Positions 16,875 to 26,361 of a stretch of 64,000 nt of DNA are shown here, in pieces. This DNA comes from an uncultured bacterium (GTDB lineage Bacteria > Bacillota_I > Bacilli_A > RF39 > UBA660): positions 77,226 to 141,225 of the forward strand of contig CAMVPB010000001.1 in the NCBI GenBank assembly GCA_947169285.1, in the 5' to 3' direction. Under the pieces are notes generated by a model. That model saw only the letters and a list, made by a program, of their open reading frames with translations, did not search any database and was not told the DNA's origin. Numbering within the stretch: position 1 is the stretch's first letter; the number at the start of each line of letters is the position of its first letter. Both the position numbers and the translations under genes were made by a program.

Positions 16875-17774
16875 CTATAAATTCTCCTTTAATATATTTA
16901 TAAATTTAGTAGCTGTAAAAGTTGGAACACTTCCTTTTTTAATAGCATACCCTAATCTTCTTTTAGGTATTTCTATATCTGTTTTAATTTCGTATAAGGT
17001 TTTATTTAATTTTTCTTTTATAAACTCTTTTGTTAAAATTGCAATACCAAAATTGTTTTCAGCAAGTTTTGTTAATAACCCATGACTAACAACTTCTATT
17101 TTAGGATTTAATTCTAGTTTGTTAACCTTTAATAAATTATCAAAATTAGTTCTTGTAATTGAAGGAGATTTTTGAATAATAATATCTTCTCCTAATAACT
17201 CTTTAATATTTTTATAATTGTTATTTTTATATTTTGTTCCGCCAACAAATATGTCGTTTAATTCACTTATTATTTTATAATCTATATCTTTAATATCTTG
17301 CTTTGGTATAGCGGTTATTATAATATCAAAAGAACCATTTCTTAAACTTTTAATTAAATTTTCAGTTAAATCATTAACGATATTAATATTTATATTTGGA
17401 TAAGAATCATGAAACTTTTTTAAATATGGCATTAAATAATATTCTGAAATAGTTGTAGTAGATCCTATATTGATAACTCCTTCTTCTAAATTTTTAAGAG
17501 ATGTGAATTTATTAGTACCATTTATAAAGTAATTCATACCTTCTTTAATATAATTAAATAATTCCTCTCCCTCGTTTGTTAAAATTACACCTTTGGGAGT
17601 TCTAGTAAATAATTTTCCACCTAATTCATCTTCTAAAGTTTTAATAGATTGGGTTACTGCAGGTTGGGTAATCATTAATTTTTCAGCGCCTTTAGAAATA
17701 CTCTTTTCAACTGCTACTTCATAAAAAACTTTAAATAATTCAAAATTTACATTCATGTTTTCTCCTATAAGCAA
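16875..17774 (-). CDS. LysR-family transcriptional regulator
   Basis: 299 aa; HTH ...KGAEKLMITQPAVTQSIKTLEDELGGKLFTRT...; divergent from 17855 operon. Confidence 0.85.
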   Translation of the reverse strand: MLIGENMNVNFELFKVFYEVAVEKSISKGAEKLMITQPAVTQSIKTLEDELGGKLFTRTPKGVILTNEGEELFNYIKEGMNYFINGTNKFTSLKNLEEGVINIGSTTTISEYYLMPYLKKFHDSYPNININIVNDLTENLIKSLRNGSFDIIITAIPKQDIKDIDYKIISELNDIFVGGTKYKNNNYKNIKELLGEDIIIQKSPSITRTNFDNLLKVNKLELNPKIEVVSHGLLTKLAENNFGIAILTKEFIKEKLNKTLYEIKTDIEIPKRRLGYAIKKGSVPTFTATKFINILKENL

Positions 17775-17784
17775 AACTTATATC

Positions 17785-17801
17785 GAATATAAGCAATATA
17801 T
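17785..17801. promoter_or_regulatory. LysR-box-like palindrome CTTATAT-cga-ATATAAG in the LysR/operon divergent intergenic region
   Basis: Perfect 7-bp inverted repeat seen in sequence, T-N11-A compatible. Confidence 0.4.
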
Positions 17802-17854
17802 ATTTGTATTATATCATTAAGAATTATATACTACAAGTGAAAGAGGGAAATAAT

Positions 17855-18478
17855 ATGTATAAAAAATTTATTGAATTAGCAAAAGAAAAAAGAAAATTAA
17901 ATAAAGAAATACAAGATTTAGATAATAATATTACTGAAATCACTGAATTTATTGATAGAACAAGTTATTTTAAAAGTAAGAAAAGTTTGAAAGCAATTAG
18001 AGAAATTAAAAATTATTTAGAACAAGCGAAAATATCTATGGAAGAAAAAAGCACAAGAAAAGATGAAATTGACAAATTTCTATACAAGGAGTGTAAGCAT
18101 CCCATTGTTATAAGTGATGAAACTTCATGCTGTAAATTTTGCCCAATATGTGGTTATCAGTATTACTACTATGGAATTATTGATGAATATAAACCAATTT
18201 ATATAAAAGTTGATGATTGTGTAATATATTATGAACTAGAAAAAGCATTATGCTATGGAGATTTACATAAATACAGTTTATCAAGTGAACCAGAAAAGTT
18301 TATTATGAATTCAGTCAAAAATATCACAAAATTTATAAATGAAGCAATAGATAGCGAAGATACCCATTCTTTTATAAATGAAAATATTGATGAATTATTA
18401 GAAATTGAATATGATGACAGAAATATTATAGATACAAGAAGTCATAAAAAACTAGTAAATATAAGGAGAATGATATAA
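17855..18478 (+). CDS. coiled-coil + C-H-C-C zinc-ribbon protein A (unknown function)
   Basis: Start moved to MYKKFIE (AAAGAGGG RBS); motif KECKHPIVISDETSCCKFCPICG; paralogous architecture to next gene. Confidence 0.55.
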   Translation: MYKKFIELAKEKRKLNKEIQDLDNNITEITEFIDRTSYFKSKKSLKAIREIKNYLEQAKISMEEKSTRKDEIDKFLYKECKHPIVISDETSCCKFCPICGYQYYYYGIIDEYKPIYIKVDDCVIYYELEKALCYGDLHKYSLSSEPEKFIMNSVKNITKFINEAIDSEDTHSFINENIDELLEIEYDDRNIIDTRSHKKLVNIRRMI

Positions 18479-19617
18479 TGAAGAAGAAAGAAATACTATA
18501 TTTAATAAATAGATACAAAACCATTATTAATAATAATGGATTATTAAATCCAATAAAATTAACTATGCATGGAAGAATTTGTAATATTTTAAAAAACGAA
18601 GATGAGTGGTTTCCTAATGTAAGCGAATTAAAAGAACAATTTGAAGTTTTAAAACAAGAATTATTACAAGCAATTGATGAAAATGAAAAATTAATAAGAG
18701 ATACTGCTATAGTAAAAAAATGTGATCATCAAGTTAGAATAAAATATTATAATCCTTTCGCCGCTTATTATGAATGTGTGTTATGTGGAAAATTTAGCCC
18801 AAATAGGTTTTTTGAGTCTAAATATGATAATAATTACACTGTTAACTTTATTGGTGGAAATGTAGAAGATGATGATTATATTGAAAATGAAAAATATCGC
18901 GAAAAAATTTTAAATATTATATTAAAAATATTAAAAAAATTTAATGATGATGATGAAGTTGATTTAGTAGCTGAATTTTCTAAAATATCAAAAGAATACA
19001 AAAAATATATTTCCTATATAGATACTAATCCAAGAAGAGAAGAAAACTATATTTTAATAATAGGTGGCACTAATAAATTTTATTTAAATAATGAAGATAA
19101 AATATTTATAAATGAAGACTATGAATCAAATACATTTGATTTTTTGGATTACTTTAGAAAATTGTTAAATACTAAAGTTGGAATTATCGAAAATGAAAAA
19201 GAACTTAGTAATAGAAAATATGATGATATGAAGAAAGATAAACAACTTGAATTCATTAAATATGATACCATAGAATCTTTAAATAAATATTTAAATGAAT
19301 TAAAAGAAATACCATTTAAAATTATTATTAATTTATCTAGTTTATTTGATTTTAGTGTTGAAGATGATGAAATAGTAAAGCATCCATATAATTTAAATCT
19401 TCAAGAAATGTTCCCTGGTAGTCATATAATTAATATTTCAAAACTATCTTCTAAATCGATTGAAGAAATTAAATCTTTTCTTTCAAAACAAAAAGAAATA
19501 TCATACGTAAAGCCAGATGATGACGAAAATTATTATTATGTTCAACATGATGAGGTATTAGAAAGCAATATAAATAGTACATGTGAAAGTATTAAAGAAT
19601 TAGTAAGAAGGCATTAA
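18478..19617 (+). CDS. coiled-coil + C-H-C-C zinc-ribbon protein B (unknown function)
   Basis: 379 aa; KKCDHQVRIKYYNPFAAYYECVLCG; start overlaps stop of previous gene (ATAATGA). Confidence 0.55.
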   Translation: MKKKEILYLINRYKTIINNNGLLNPIKLTMHGRICNILKNEDEWFPNVSELKEQFEVLKQELLQAIDENEKLIRDTAIVKKCDHQVRIKYYNPFAAYYECVLCGKFSPNRFFESKYDNNYTVNFIGGNVEDDDYIENEKYREKILNIILKILKKFNDDDEVDLVAEFSKISKEYKKYISYIDTNPRREENYILIIGGTNKFYLNNEDKIFINEDYESNTFDFLDYFRKLLNTKVGIIENEKELSNRKYDDMKKDKQLEFIKYDTIESLNKYLNELKEIPFKIIINLSSLFDFSVEDDEIVKHPYNLNLQEMFPGSHIINISKLSSKSIEEIKSFLSKQKEISYVKPDDDENYYYVQHDEVLESNINSTCESIKELVRRH

Positions 19618-19619
19618 AA

Positions 19620-20201
19620 ATGAGTAATTTAGATAATAAAATAAAATCACTTATTAAAAGTGTTAAAGCAAAATGCATATTTTCAGAAGAAGTATTTAAA
19701 GGCAATTTTATAACATTAATTAAAGAATCATATATTTTACCAAATAATAAAATATTGAATCGTGAAAGAATTATTAAAAACAAAAATAAACAAGCAGTAA
19801 TTATAATAGCCATTACAACTGAAAATAAATTTCTTATTGTATCCCAAAACAGAATCAATGATATTGTGAGTCTTGAATTTCCATCAGGATATGTTGAAAA
19901 CGGAGAAAGTGTGATTGAAGCTGCTAAAAGAGAACTAGTTGAAGAAACTGGTTACACATCAAACAATATTAAAAAAATAGATAGTTATTACGCATCTATA
20001 GGAATTGATAGTTCAATTATTAACATTGTTATAGCATTTGATTGCATAAAAGTAAGTAGTCAAAACTTAGGTGAAACAGAATATATTAAATATAGTGATT
20101 TTACTTTTAAAGAATTAGAAAAACTTATTGATCTAAATTATATAAACAGTAGTAGCAATAGATTAGCTTTTTATGAACTAAAAGCAAAAAATCTATTTTA
20201 A
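19620..20201 (+). CDS. Nudix hydrolase
   Basis: Perfect Nudix box GYVENGESVIEAAKRELVEETGY (Gx5Ex7REUxEExGU); 2-bp gap from upstream gene. Confidence 0.85.
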   Translation: MSNLDNKIKSLIKSVKAKCIFSEEVFKGNFITLIKESYILPNNKILNRERIIKNKNKQAVIIIAITTENKFLIVSQNRINDIVSLEFPSGYVENGESVIEAAKRELVEETGYTSNNIKKIDSYYASIGIDSSIINIVIAFDCIKVSSQNLGETEYIKYSDFTFKELEKLIDLNYINSSSNRLAFYELKAKNLF

Positions 20202-20263
20202 TATACTTAATTATGATATAGATAATTTTTTAATAAAATCATTTAAAAATACAATATTATTCT

Positions 20264-21328
20264 CTAAAATTTACTTAGTAGATCTATCAACTTTGTATTC
20301 TTATAAATACTTTCTCTTCCTACTTTTTCATATTCGAGTAATCCAGCATCAACTAATTGATTTAAATAAACAGCTGCTGTTTGTCTAGTAACGCCACATC
20401 TTTGTTCAATATAATTGATTCTAGTGTATACTTCATAAAATAAAGAATCTAATAATTCATCAGAATATATTTTAGGTAATTTAGTCATAAATTCTTCTTT
20501 ATAAGATTCCATTTCACTTTGAATTCGTTTGATTAATTCAATTGTATACTTAGATGTTTCTTCTACACCTTTTAAAATATATATAATCCAATCTTCATAA
20601 TTGTTTTTTTCTCTAAACTCTGTAAACAATTTATAATATATATCTTTATTCTTATTTATATAATTACTTAAATATAAAATTGGGCTATCCAATAAACTAT
20701 TTAATACTAAATATAGAACGTTTAATATTCTACCTGTTCTCCCATTTCCATCATAAAATGGATGAATTGTTTCAAATTGATAATGAATTAACGCCATTTT
20801 AATTAATGGATCTGTCTGATCATCAAATTCATTAATATAATCTTCTAAATTTTTAAGTAAATCTCTTATTTCTTTTTCTGATTGTGGTGGAGTATAAATG
20901 ATTTCACCCGTTTTACTATTTACTAAATTAGTACCTGGCGTTTTTCTTATTCCAGCTTTATTATGTTCAATCATTGACTGCAATTTAACTAATAAATTAG
21001 TATTGATAAATCCTTTATCTTTTATAAACTCATATCCAAACCATATTGCGCTTCTATAATCAACAACTTCTTTAGCTGCTTCCTCTTTAAAGCCACTTTC
21101 AGTTAATACTTTATAAATACTATCATGTGTAGTAACAATATTTTCAATTGCACTGCTATCTTTAGCTTCATTTATTGTAATAGCATTAATTAAAATATGT
21201 TGATTAGGAATTGAATTAGCAAAGCCTTTTAATTCAGCAAGTGATCTTGAAGCCTCGTTTAATGCATCTAGAATCCTTGGTGTCTTTAAATCATAATCAT
21301 TAAATGGTAATAATTTCATCATTATCAC
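20264..21328 (-). CDS. Fic/DOC family protein with C-terminal winged helix
   Basis: Fic motif HPFYDGNGRTGR; 354 aa; C-terminal HTH-like RQTAAVYLNQLVDAGLLEYEK. Confidence 0.85.
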   Translation of the reverse strand: MIMMKLLPFNDYDLKTPRILDALNEASRSLAELKGFANSIPNQHILINAITINEAKDSSAIENIVTTHDSIYKVLTESGFKEEAAKEVVDYRSAIWFGYEFIKDKGFINTNLLVKLQSMIEHNKAGIRKTPGTNLVNSKTGEIIYTPPQSEKEIRDLLKNLEDYINEFDDQTDPLIKMALIHYQFETIHPFYDGNGRTGRILNVLYLVLNSLLDSPILYLSNYINKNKDIYYKLFTEFREKNNYEDWIIYILKGVEETSKYTIELIKRIQSEMESYKEEFMTKLPKIYSDELLDSLFYEVYTRINYIEQRCGVTRQTAAVYLNQLVDAGLLEYEKVGRESIYKNTKLIDLLSKF

Positions 21329-21335
21329 CTCCTAC

Positions 21336-21423
21336 ATGTTAATAATACAACATTTTTTTAACATATACAATAAATATGTTAAATTTTTTACACTTTTTTA
21401 ACATTTTATTAGAAAATGTTAAA
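21336..21423. promoter_or_regulatory. three AACAT/ATGTT inverted repeats upstream of fic (ATGTTaataatacAACAT; TTAACATAT-acaataa-ATATGTTAA; TTTAACATTTT-attagaa-AAAATGTTAAA)
   Basis: Seen in sequence in the Fic 5' region; candidate operator sites. Confidence 0.4.
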
Positions 21424-21585
21424 TGTAATAAATAAATATTATAAAGTTCACAATCATATTTTATACTTAAATTTATGCCTTGTTTATTTATTTGGTGCAA
21501 TTCTATCTTCCCTGACCAGGGTCTATAACAATGCCTTTTAAAGCCATTTAAATCACCTAATATACTATATGAAAAAAGCACTTTA

Positions 21586-21612
21586 ATGTGCTTTTTTTAT
21601 TTCTTTCTAATT
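21586..21612. terminator. bidirectional terminator AAAAAAGCACTTTAATGTGCTTTTTTT
   Basis: Hairpin GCACATTAAAGTGC with A/T flanks downstream of murF. Confidence 0.6.
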
Positions 21613-21735
21613 TTTAATTTATTTACAGTTTGATAGTCACCAGTATCATTTCTATCTTCTATATAATCTGATAATGTCAAATAATTGCGTGAAAGTTCAT
21701 ATAATTTCATTAATGAATATGCATATTTTACATCA

Positions 21736-23103
21736 TTATATACCACCAACTATTTCTTTAAAATTCATTGAATTACTAGCTTTAACTAAAATATTATCTT
21801 TTTTATTTTTAATTTTATTAATTAATTTAATTGCATCTTTATTATCATCAAAATGATAAGAATTCTCTTTATTAAAGCCTAATTTAATAGATTCTTCATT
21901 TATATATTTTGAATCATCACCTACTGTTATTAAAACATCTATTTTTTCTTCATATATTAATTTTCCAATTTCTTTATGAAGGTTAATTGAATAATCCCCT
22001 AATTCTTTCATATCTCCTAAAACGGCTATTTTTCTTCCGTTTAAATTAGATAAATATTTGATGGCATATTTCATTGAATCATAATTAGCATTATATGTAT
22101 CATCTATAATAGTAATACTATCTTTTTTAATAACATTCATTCTATTACTGCTAAGTTCAAATTCTTCTATACCTTTTTTAATATCTTTGATATCAACATT
22201 ATATATACTTCCTAATGCAATCGCTACCAAGGAATTATAAATAAAATGTTTACCTCCTACATTTATAAAATATTTCTCATCATTACAAATAAATTCACTA
22301 CTACTTTCGTGTTCTTTAATGTTCTTAGCTTGATAATCACTTTTATTATCTATTCCTATTGTTACTATTTTATATTTATCTTTATTATTTAAATACCATT
22401 CATGTAATAAACCATTATCATTGTTAATAACTACTATTCCATCTTTTTTTAAACCCTCTAATATTTCTAACTTAGCTTTTAAAATATTTTCTCTGCTACC
22501 TAAATTTCCAATGTGAGCTGTTCCAACATTTGTAATAACTGCTACATTAGGTTTAACAATATTAGTTAAATAAGATATTTCTCCAAGATGATTCATACCC
22601 ATTTCTAAGATTAACATATTTGTATCTTCTTCTATTGATAATAAACTTGTAGGTAATCCAGTAAAATTATTTTTATTACCTGGTGTTTTGTGTGCATTAT
22701 ATTTATGAGATAAAACACTATAAACTATATCTTTAGTACTAGTTTTACCTGAGGAACCAGTTATAGCGATTACAGGATATTCAAAGTTATCTCTTACATA
22801 ACTAGCTAACTTCCCTAAAGAAATAACAGAGTTTTCAACTAATATAATTGATTTATTATTATCTTTTAAATATTTTAAATCTTCTTCTGATTCTTTGTAA
22901 TTATCTAGTATACAAATACTTGCTCCTTTATCAAATGCATCTTTATAAAATAAATTGCCATCAAACTTTTCACCCTTAACACCGATAAAGCAATCATTAT
23001 CCTTTATATTTCTGGTATCAATAGAAATATTATTAATATCAATATTAATTTCATTATATATTTTAATATATTCAATATTTTTATAAATATCTATAGATTT
23101 CAT
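21736..23103 (-). CDS. murF: UDP-N-acetylmuramoyl-tripeptide--D-alanyl-D-alanine ligase
   Basis: ATP-binding VIAITGSSGKTSTKD, Mur ligase architecture, 455 aa. Confidence 0.8.
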   Translation of the reverse strand: MKSIDIYKNIEYIKIYNEINIDINNISIDTRNIKDNDCFIGVKGEKFDGNLFYKDAFDKGASICILDNYKESEEDLKYLKDNNKSIILVENSVISLGKLASYVRDNFEYPVIAITGSSGKTSTKDIVYSVLSHKYNAHKTPGNKNNFTGLPTSLLSIEEDTNMLILEMGMNHLGEISYLTNIVKPNVAVITNVGTAHIGNLGSRENILKAKLEILEGLKKDGIVVINNDNGLLHEWYLNNKDKYKIVTIGIDNKSDYQAKNIKEHESSSEFICNDEKYFINVGGKHFIYNSLVAIALGSIYNVDIKDIKKGIEEFELSSNRMNVIKKDSITIIDDTYNANYDSMKYAIKYLSNLNGRKIAVLGDMKELGDYSINLHKEIGKLIYEEKIDVLITVGDDSKYINEESIKLGFNKENSYHFDDNKDAIKLINKIKNKKDNILVKASNSMNFKEIVGGI

Positions 23104-23194
23104 ATAATCACCCTAATTAATATTATACAATAATTATCAATTATTGCTTTTAAATTATTTAAATCTTATAATAAGTATCAATCAAGGAGCCAAT

Positions 23195-23824
23195 ATGGAA
23201 AAAATAATAACTAAAGTTGAACCTATTATAATATATCCTACATGTATTTTAGAAACAGGAATGCAAGATGATTGCAATACATGTTTGGAAAAAAATAGTT
23301 GTACTTCACCAAGATGCATGTGCGTTAAGCCTTATAAAAATCACAAATATGGTTGCCCAAACTATGGAAAATTAGATACATGTCCACCTAAAATTCCATC
23401 TATGTATGATCAAATATTTTATACAGATGACGTATATGCAGTAATTACTAAATTTAATTTATATGAGTATTATAATAAAAGAAGAAAAAACAGACCAGAT
23501 CTTCCAGAAGGACAAATTAGAAATTTAAGATGTTGGCAGCCAATAACTATTAAAGAAAATGATATAGCAGTTAGCGAGTTTTATCACAAACACACAAATA
23601 AAAATGATTATGTTTCAACAAGACTATTAGAATGTATGGGAGTTGATGTTATAAACACATTAAAAAAAGTTGGATTAACTATCTCTTTTCCGATTGAAGA
23701 ATATGTTTATAGAGTTTCATTTTTAGCTAAAGTAATTAATGAGGGATTAAATAAATATGGATTTGAAGTGTATGAAGATACAAAAAAGAAAATAAAAACA
23801 TTAAGAAAAGTAAGTATTAAATAA
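23195..23824 (+). CDS. cysteine-rich putative metal-binding protein (unknown function)
   Basis: Start at MEKIITK after AAGGAG; N-terminal ~60 aa contain ~9 Cys (CILETGMQDDCNTCLEKNSCTSPRCMCVKPYKNHKYGCPNYGKLDTCPP). Confidence 0.5.
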   Translation: MEKIITKVEPIIIYPTCILETGMQDDCNTCLEKNSCTSPRCMCVKPYKNHKYGCPNYGKLDTCPPKIPSMYDQIFYTDDVYAVITKFNLYEYYNKRRKNRPDLPEGQIRNLRCWQPITIKENDIAVSEFYHKHTNKNDYVSTRLLECMGVDVINTLKKVGLTISFPIEEYVYRVSFLAKVINEGLNKYGFEVYEDTKKKIKTLRKVSIK

Positions 23825-23827
23825 TAC

Positions 23828-24283
23828 TTACTTTTTAGTAAAATAGATATAATTATCTAACCAAGATTCAAATTCTTTTTGATCTTGGTATTTATTTAAA
23901 TCTTTATCACTATTAGCATCTAAGTAGTCTACTATTTCATTATTCTTTATTATTATAATAGATGGTGCATATTTAACTGTATTATAAAACTTTGTATTTT
24001 TAAATTCTTCAAATGATATAGATATAAAATCTATATCATATTTTTTAGCGAATGATTTAAATATATCTTCACAAGATATTGGTAAATTGCAATAACTATT
24101 ATATGTAAACAACACATAAGTATCATTTATTTTGTCTAACAAGTCACTTGATTTTATCTCTATAAATTCACCTTTATTATAATATTGATTACTTAAATAC
24201 ATTCTTTCTTTACCATCATTTTGATTTAATTTACAACCAGTTAATATTAAAAATGATAGCATTATTATAAATATTTTTTTCAT
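23828..24283 (-). CDS. lipoprotein (lipobox LTGC)
   Basis: MKKIFIIMLSFLILTGCKL signal/lipobox; 151 aa. Confidence 0.6.
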   Translation of the reverse strand: MKKIFIIMLSFLILTGCKLNQNDGKERMYLSNQYYNKGEFIEIKSSDLLDKINDTYVLFTYNSYCNLPISCEDIFKSFAKKYDIDFISISFEEFKNTKFYNTVKYAPSIIIIKNNEIVDYLDANSDKDLNKYQDQKEFESWLDNYIYFTKK

Positions 24284-24969
24284 TAATTAACCTCTGTTAA
24301 TCTATCAAAATCTATATTATGGTATGGAACTTTAGAAAAATCACATTTATTTGATCCTTCTATTTTAGTGCTAATAGAATTATTACCTTCATAATTCCAA
24401 TAACCACCTACATTATATATTTTAGAAGTATCCCATCCTAGTGAACCTAGCATTTGTTTAGTGAAGTTAGCATATCCACCGGCACCGCACATCAAGAAAA
24501 TAGTTTTATCTTTTGGAAACAAGTATTCTAATATATCCATTGATTCTTTATAGTTAGGAATATACTTACCACTTTCTAATCTAAATAATGTTTTGCCTTG
24601 ATATAAACCAGATACATTTTCTGATTTTTTTTGATCAATATATTCTTGTGGGAACTCTGTTAAATATGCATAAGGAACAACTTCAAAGCCTTCTACAAAT
24701 CCAGTTAAATCTCTTTCTCCGCCTTTATTTTCCCAAGTGGCAGTATCCTCAAGCATTCTAACATCTCTATATACTACATCACTTCTTCCTAAATATTTAT
24801 CTATTGTTTTCTCATTGATATTCTTATCAATATCATACACTCCTCTTAATCCTTCTGACTTTTCTGGAGCTGGTAATGGTTTTAAAACATTTTTATTAAA
24901 ATTATATCCACACAAGCCTCCTATTAACATACAAACAATTACTAATACTATTAATTTAATTTTTTTCAT
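24283..24969 (-). CDS. membrane-anchored rhodanese-like domain protein
   Basis: N-terminal TM; C-terminal IFLMCGAGGYANF rhodanese active-site-loop-like Cys. Confidence 0.45.
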   Translation of the reverse strand: MKKIKLIVLVIVCMLIGGLCGYNFNKNVLKPLPAPEKSEGLRGVYDIDKNINEKTIDKYLGRSDVVYRDVRMLEDTATWENKGGERDLTGFVEGFEVVPYAYLTEFPQEYIDQKKSENVSGLYQGKTLFRLESGKYIPNYKESMDILEYLFPKDKTIFLMCGAGGYANFTKQMLGSLGWDTSKIYNVGGYWNYEGNNSISTKIEGSNKCDFSKVPYHNIDFDRLTEVN

Positions 24970-25055
24970 AATTTTCTCCTTTCAAAATAATTATCACTTA
25001 AATCTATTAAACAATCAATAAACTATAAGTTGAAAAAACTCAACAATAAGTTGAG

Positions 25056-25745
25056 TTATTTACCTTTCAATTTATTATCTCCGGTTTTATAATCTATTTC
25101 TATTTTATCTTGTACATTATAAACAAATACATTGAATTTAATACCTTTTCCTTTATCTTCAATAGAATACGCTTCCATTTGTACTCCGCTTGCAAGTAAA
25201 TTATCTTCTAAATACATTGGTGTAACTCTATACAAAACATGATTTTTAGTTTTCTTTATATAATTTGCAACTTTATTTTCAAATTCTAGCATAGATACAC
25301 TATTCATTTGTCTTGTACAAGTTATTAAATTTTTTTCATTAGCGTTTTCACCTGATAGTTGATATGCAATTAAATGACATCTATTATATAGATATTTGCC
25401 ATCGATAAAATCATATTTTGATATTTGCCATCCAGTTGGCTTAATTGCCCCAATGCTTTCTCTTTTAGAAGTTGGCATTAAATCAAATCCAATATTAGCA
25501 TAAGCAACACCTGCTCTACCTAAATAGTCTAAATCACTATACTTTTCAAAAGAGTTACTATTCATATCAGATTCATCAAAATTAGGAGTGTTTTTATTTA
25601 ATACAATATAATTTTTTCCATTATAAGAAGGGATATCATCTGTTGAATATCCATATGAAATATCATCACTTCTACCATATATTAATAAAACAATGATAAT
25701 AGCGACTAAATATAATATTTTTTCTACTACCTTATCTTTTTTCAT
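25056..25745 (-). CDS. DNA/RNA non-specific endonuclease (EndA/NucA-like), secreted/membrane-anchored
   Basis: ...GKYLYNRCHLIAYQLSGENANEKNLITCTRQMN... resembling the [DN]RGH-containing nuclease core (here RCH); N-terminal TM. Confidence 0.55.
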   Translation of the reverse strand: MKKDKVVEKILYLVAIIIVLLIYGRSDDISYGYSTDDIPSYNGKNYIVLNKNTPNFDESDMNSNSFEKYSDLDYLGRAGVAYANIGFDLMPTSKRESIGAIKPTGWQISKYDFIDGKYLYNRCHLIAYQLSGENANEKNLITCTRQMNSVSMLEFENKVANYIKKTKNHVLYRVTPMYLEDNLLASGVQMEAYSIEDKGKGIKFNVFVYNVQDKIEIDYKTGDNKLKGK

Positions 25746-26361
25746 TTACTTCTTCTAATAAAATACTTTCTATCTCACTTCTTAACTTATTATTAGCATC
25801 ATCTAATGACATATTACCTACTTTAAATGGTTTACCAAATTTAATTTTTAAATTCTTTGTTCTAAATTTATAATCTCCTGTTATACCGAAAGGTACTATT
25901 GTAGCATTAGTTTTTTTAGCCATCGAAACTGTACCATATTTAAATGGCAATAATAATTCACTTGTTTTATTTCTTGTTCCTTCAGGAAACAATCCTATTG
26001 CTCCACCACTCTCTAAAACTTCAATAGCTTTTTCTTTAGCTTCTTCATCATGTATAGATCTATTTACTGAAATACATCCAGTCATTTTAAAGAAAAATGC
26101 AGTTTTACCATCAAAATATTCCTTTTTAGCCATATAATGAATTACTCTTTTAGTTGCAATAATCGCAAGACATTGATCCATTATATGTTTATGATTACCA
26201 ACTATTAGTATAGGACCACACTCAGGTATTACTTCTTTATTATAAACTTTAGGCCTATAATAAAACTTAAATATTGGAGATAATATTGGCTTTAATAGTT
26301 TATATCCCCACTCACTTAACTGCTTTTTCTTTTTCATACTTCTCTTGTTCCTCTTTTTCAA
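25732..26361 (-). CDS. 1-acyl-sn-glycerol-3-phosphate acyltransferase-like (PlsC family)
   Basis: HxxxxD motif GNHKHIMDQ and FPEGTRN motif. Confidence 0.75.
   Translation of the reverse strand: MKKRNKRSMKKKKQLSEWGYKLLKPILSPIFKFYYRPKVYNKEVIPECGPILIVGNHKHIMDQCLAIIATKRVIHYMAKKEYFDGKTAFFFKMTGCISVNRSIHDEEAKEKAIEVLESGGAIGLFPEGTRNKTSELLLPFKYGTVSMAKKTNATIVPFGITGDYKFRTKNLKIKFGKPFKVGNMSLDDANNKLRSEIESILLEEVNEKR

Noticed and set aside
21339-21581. 80-aa minus-strand ORF upstream of fic
   Set aside because: It overlaps the palindromic operator/promoter region, has a highly hydrophobic/AT-biased composition and no RBS. It is likely non-coding.
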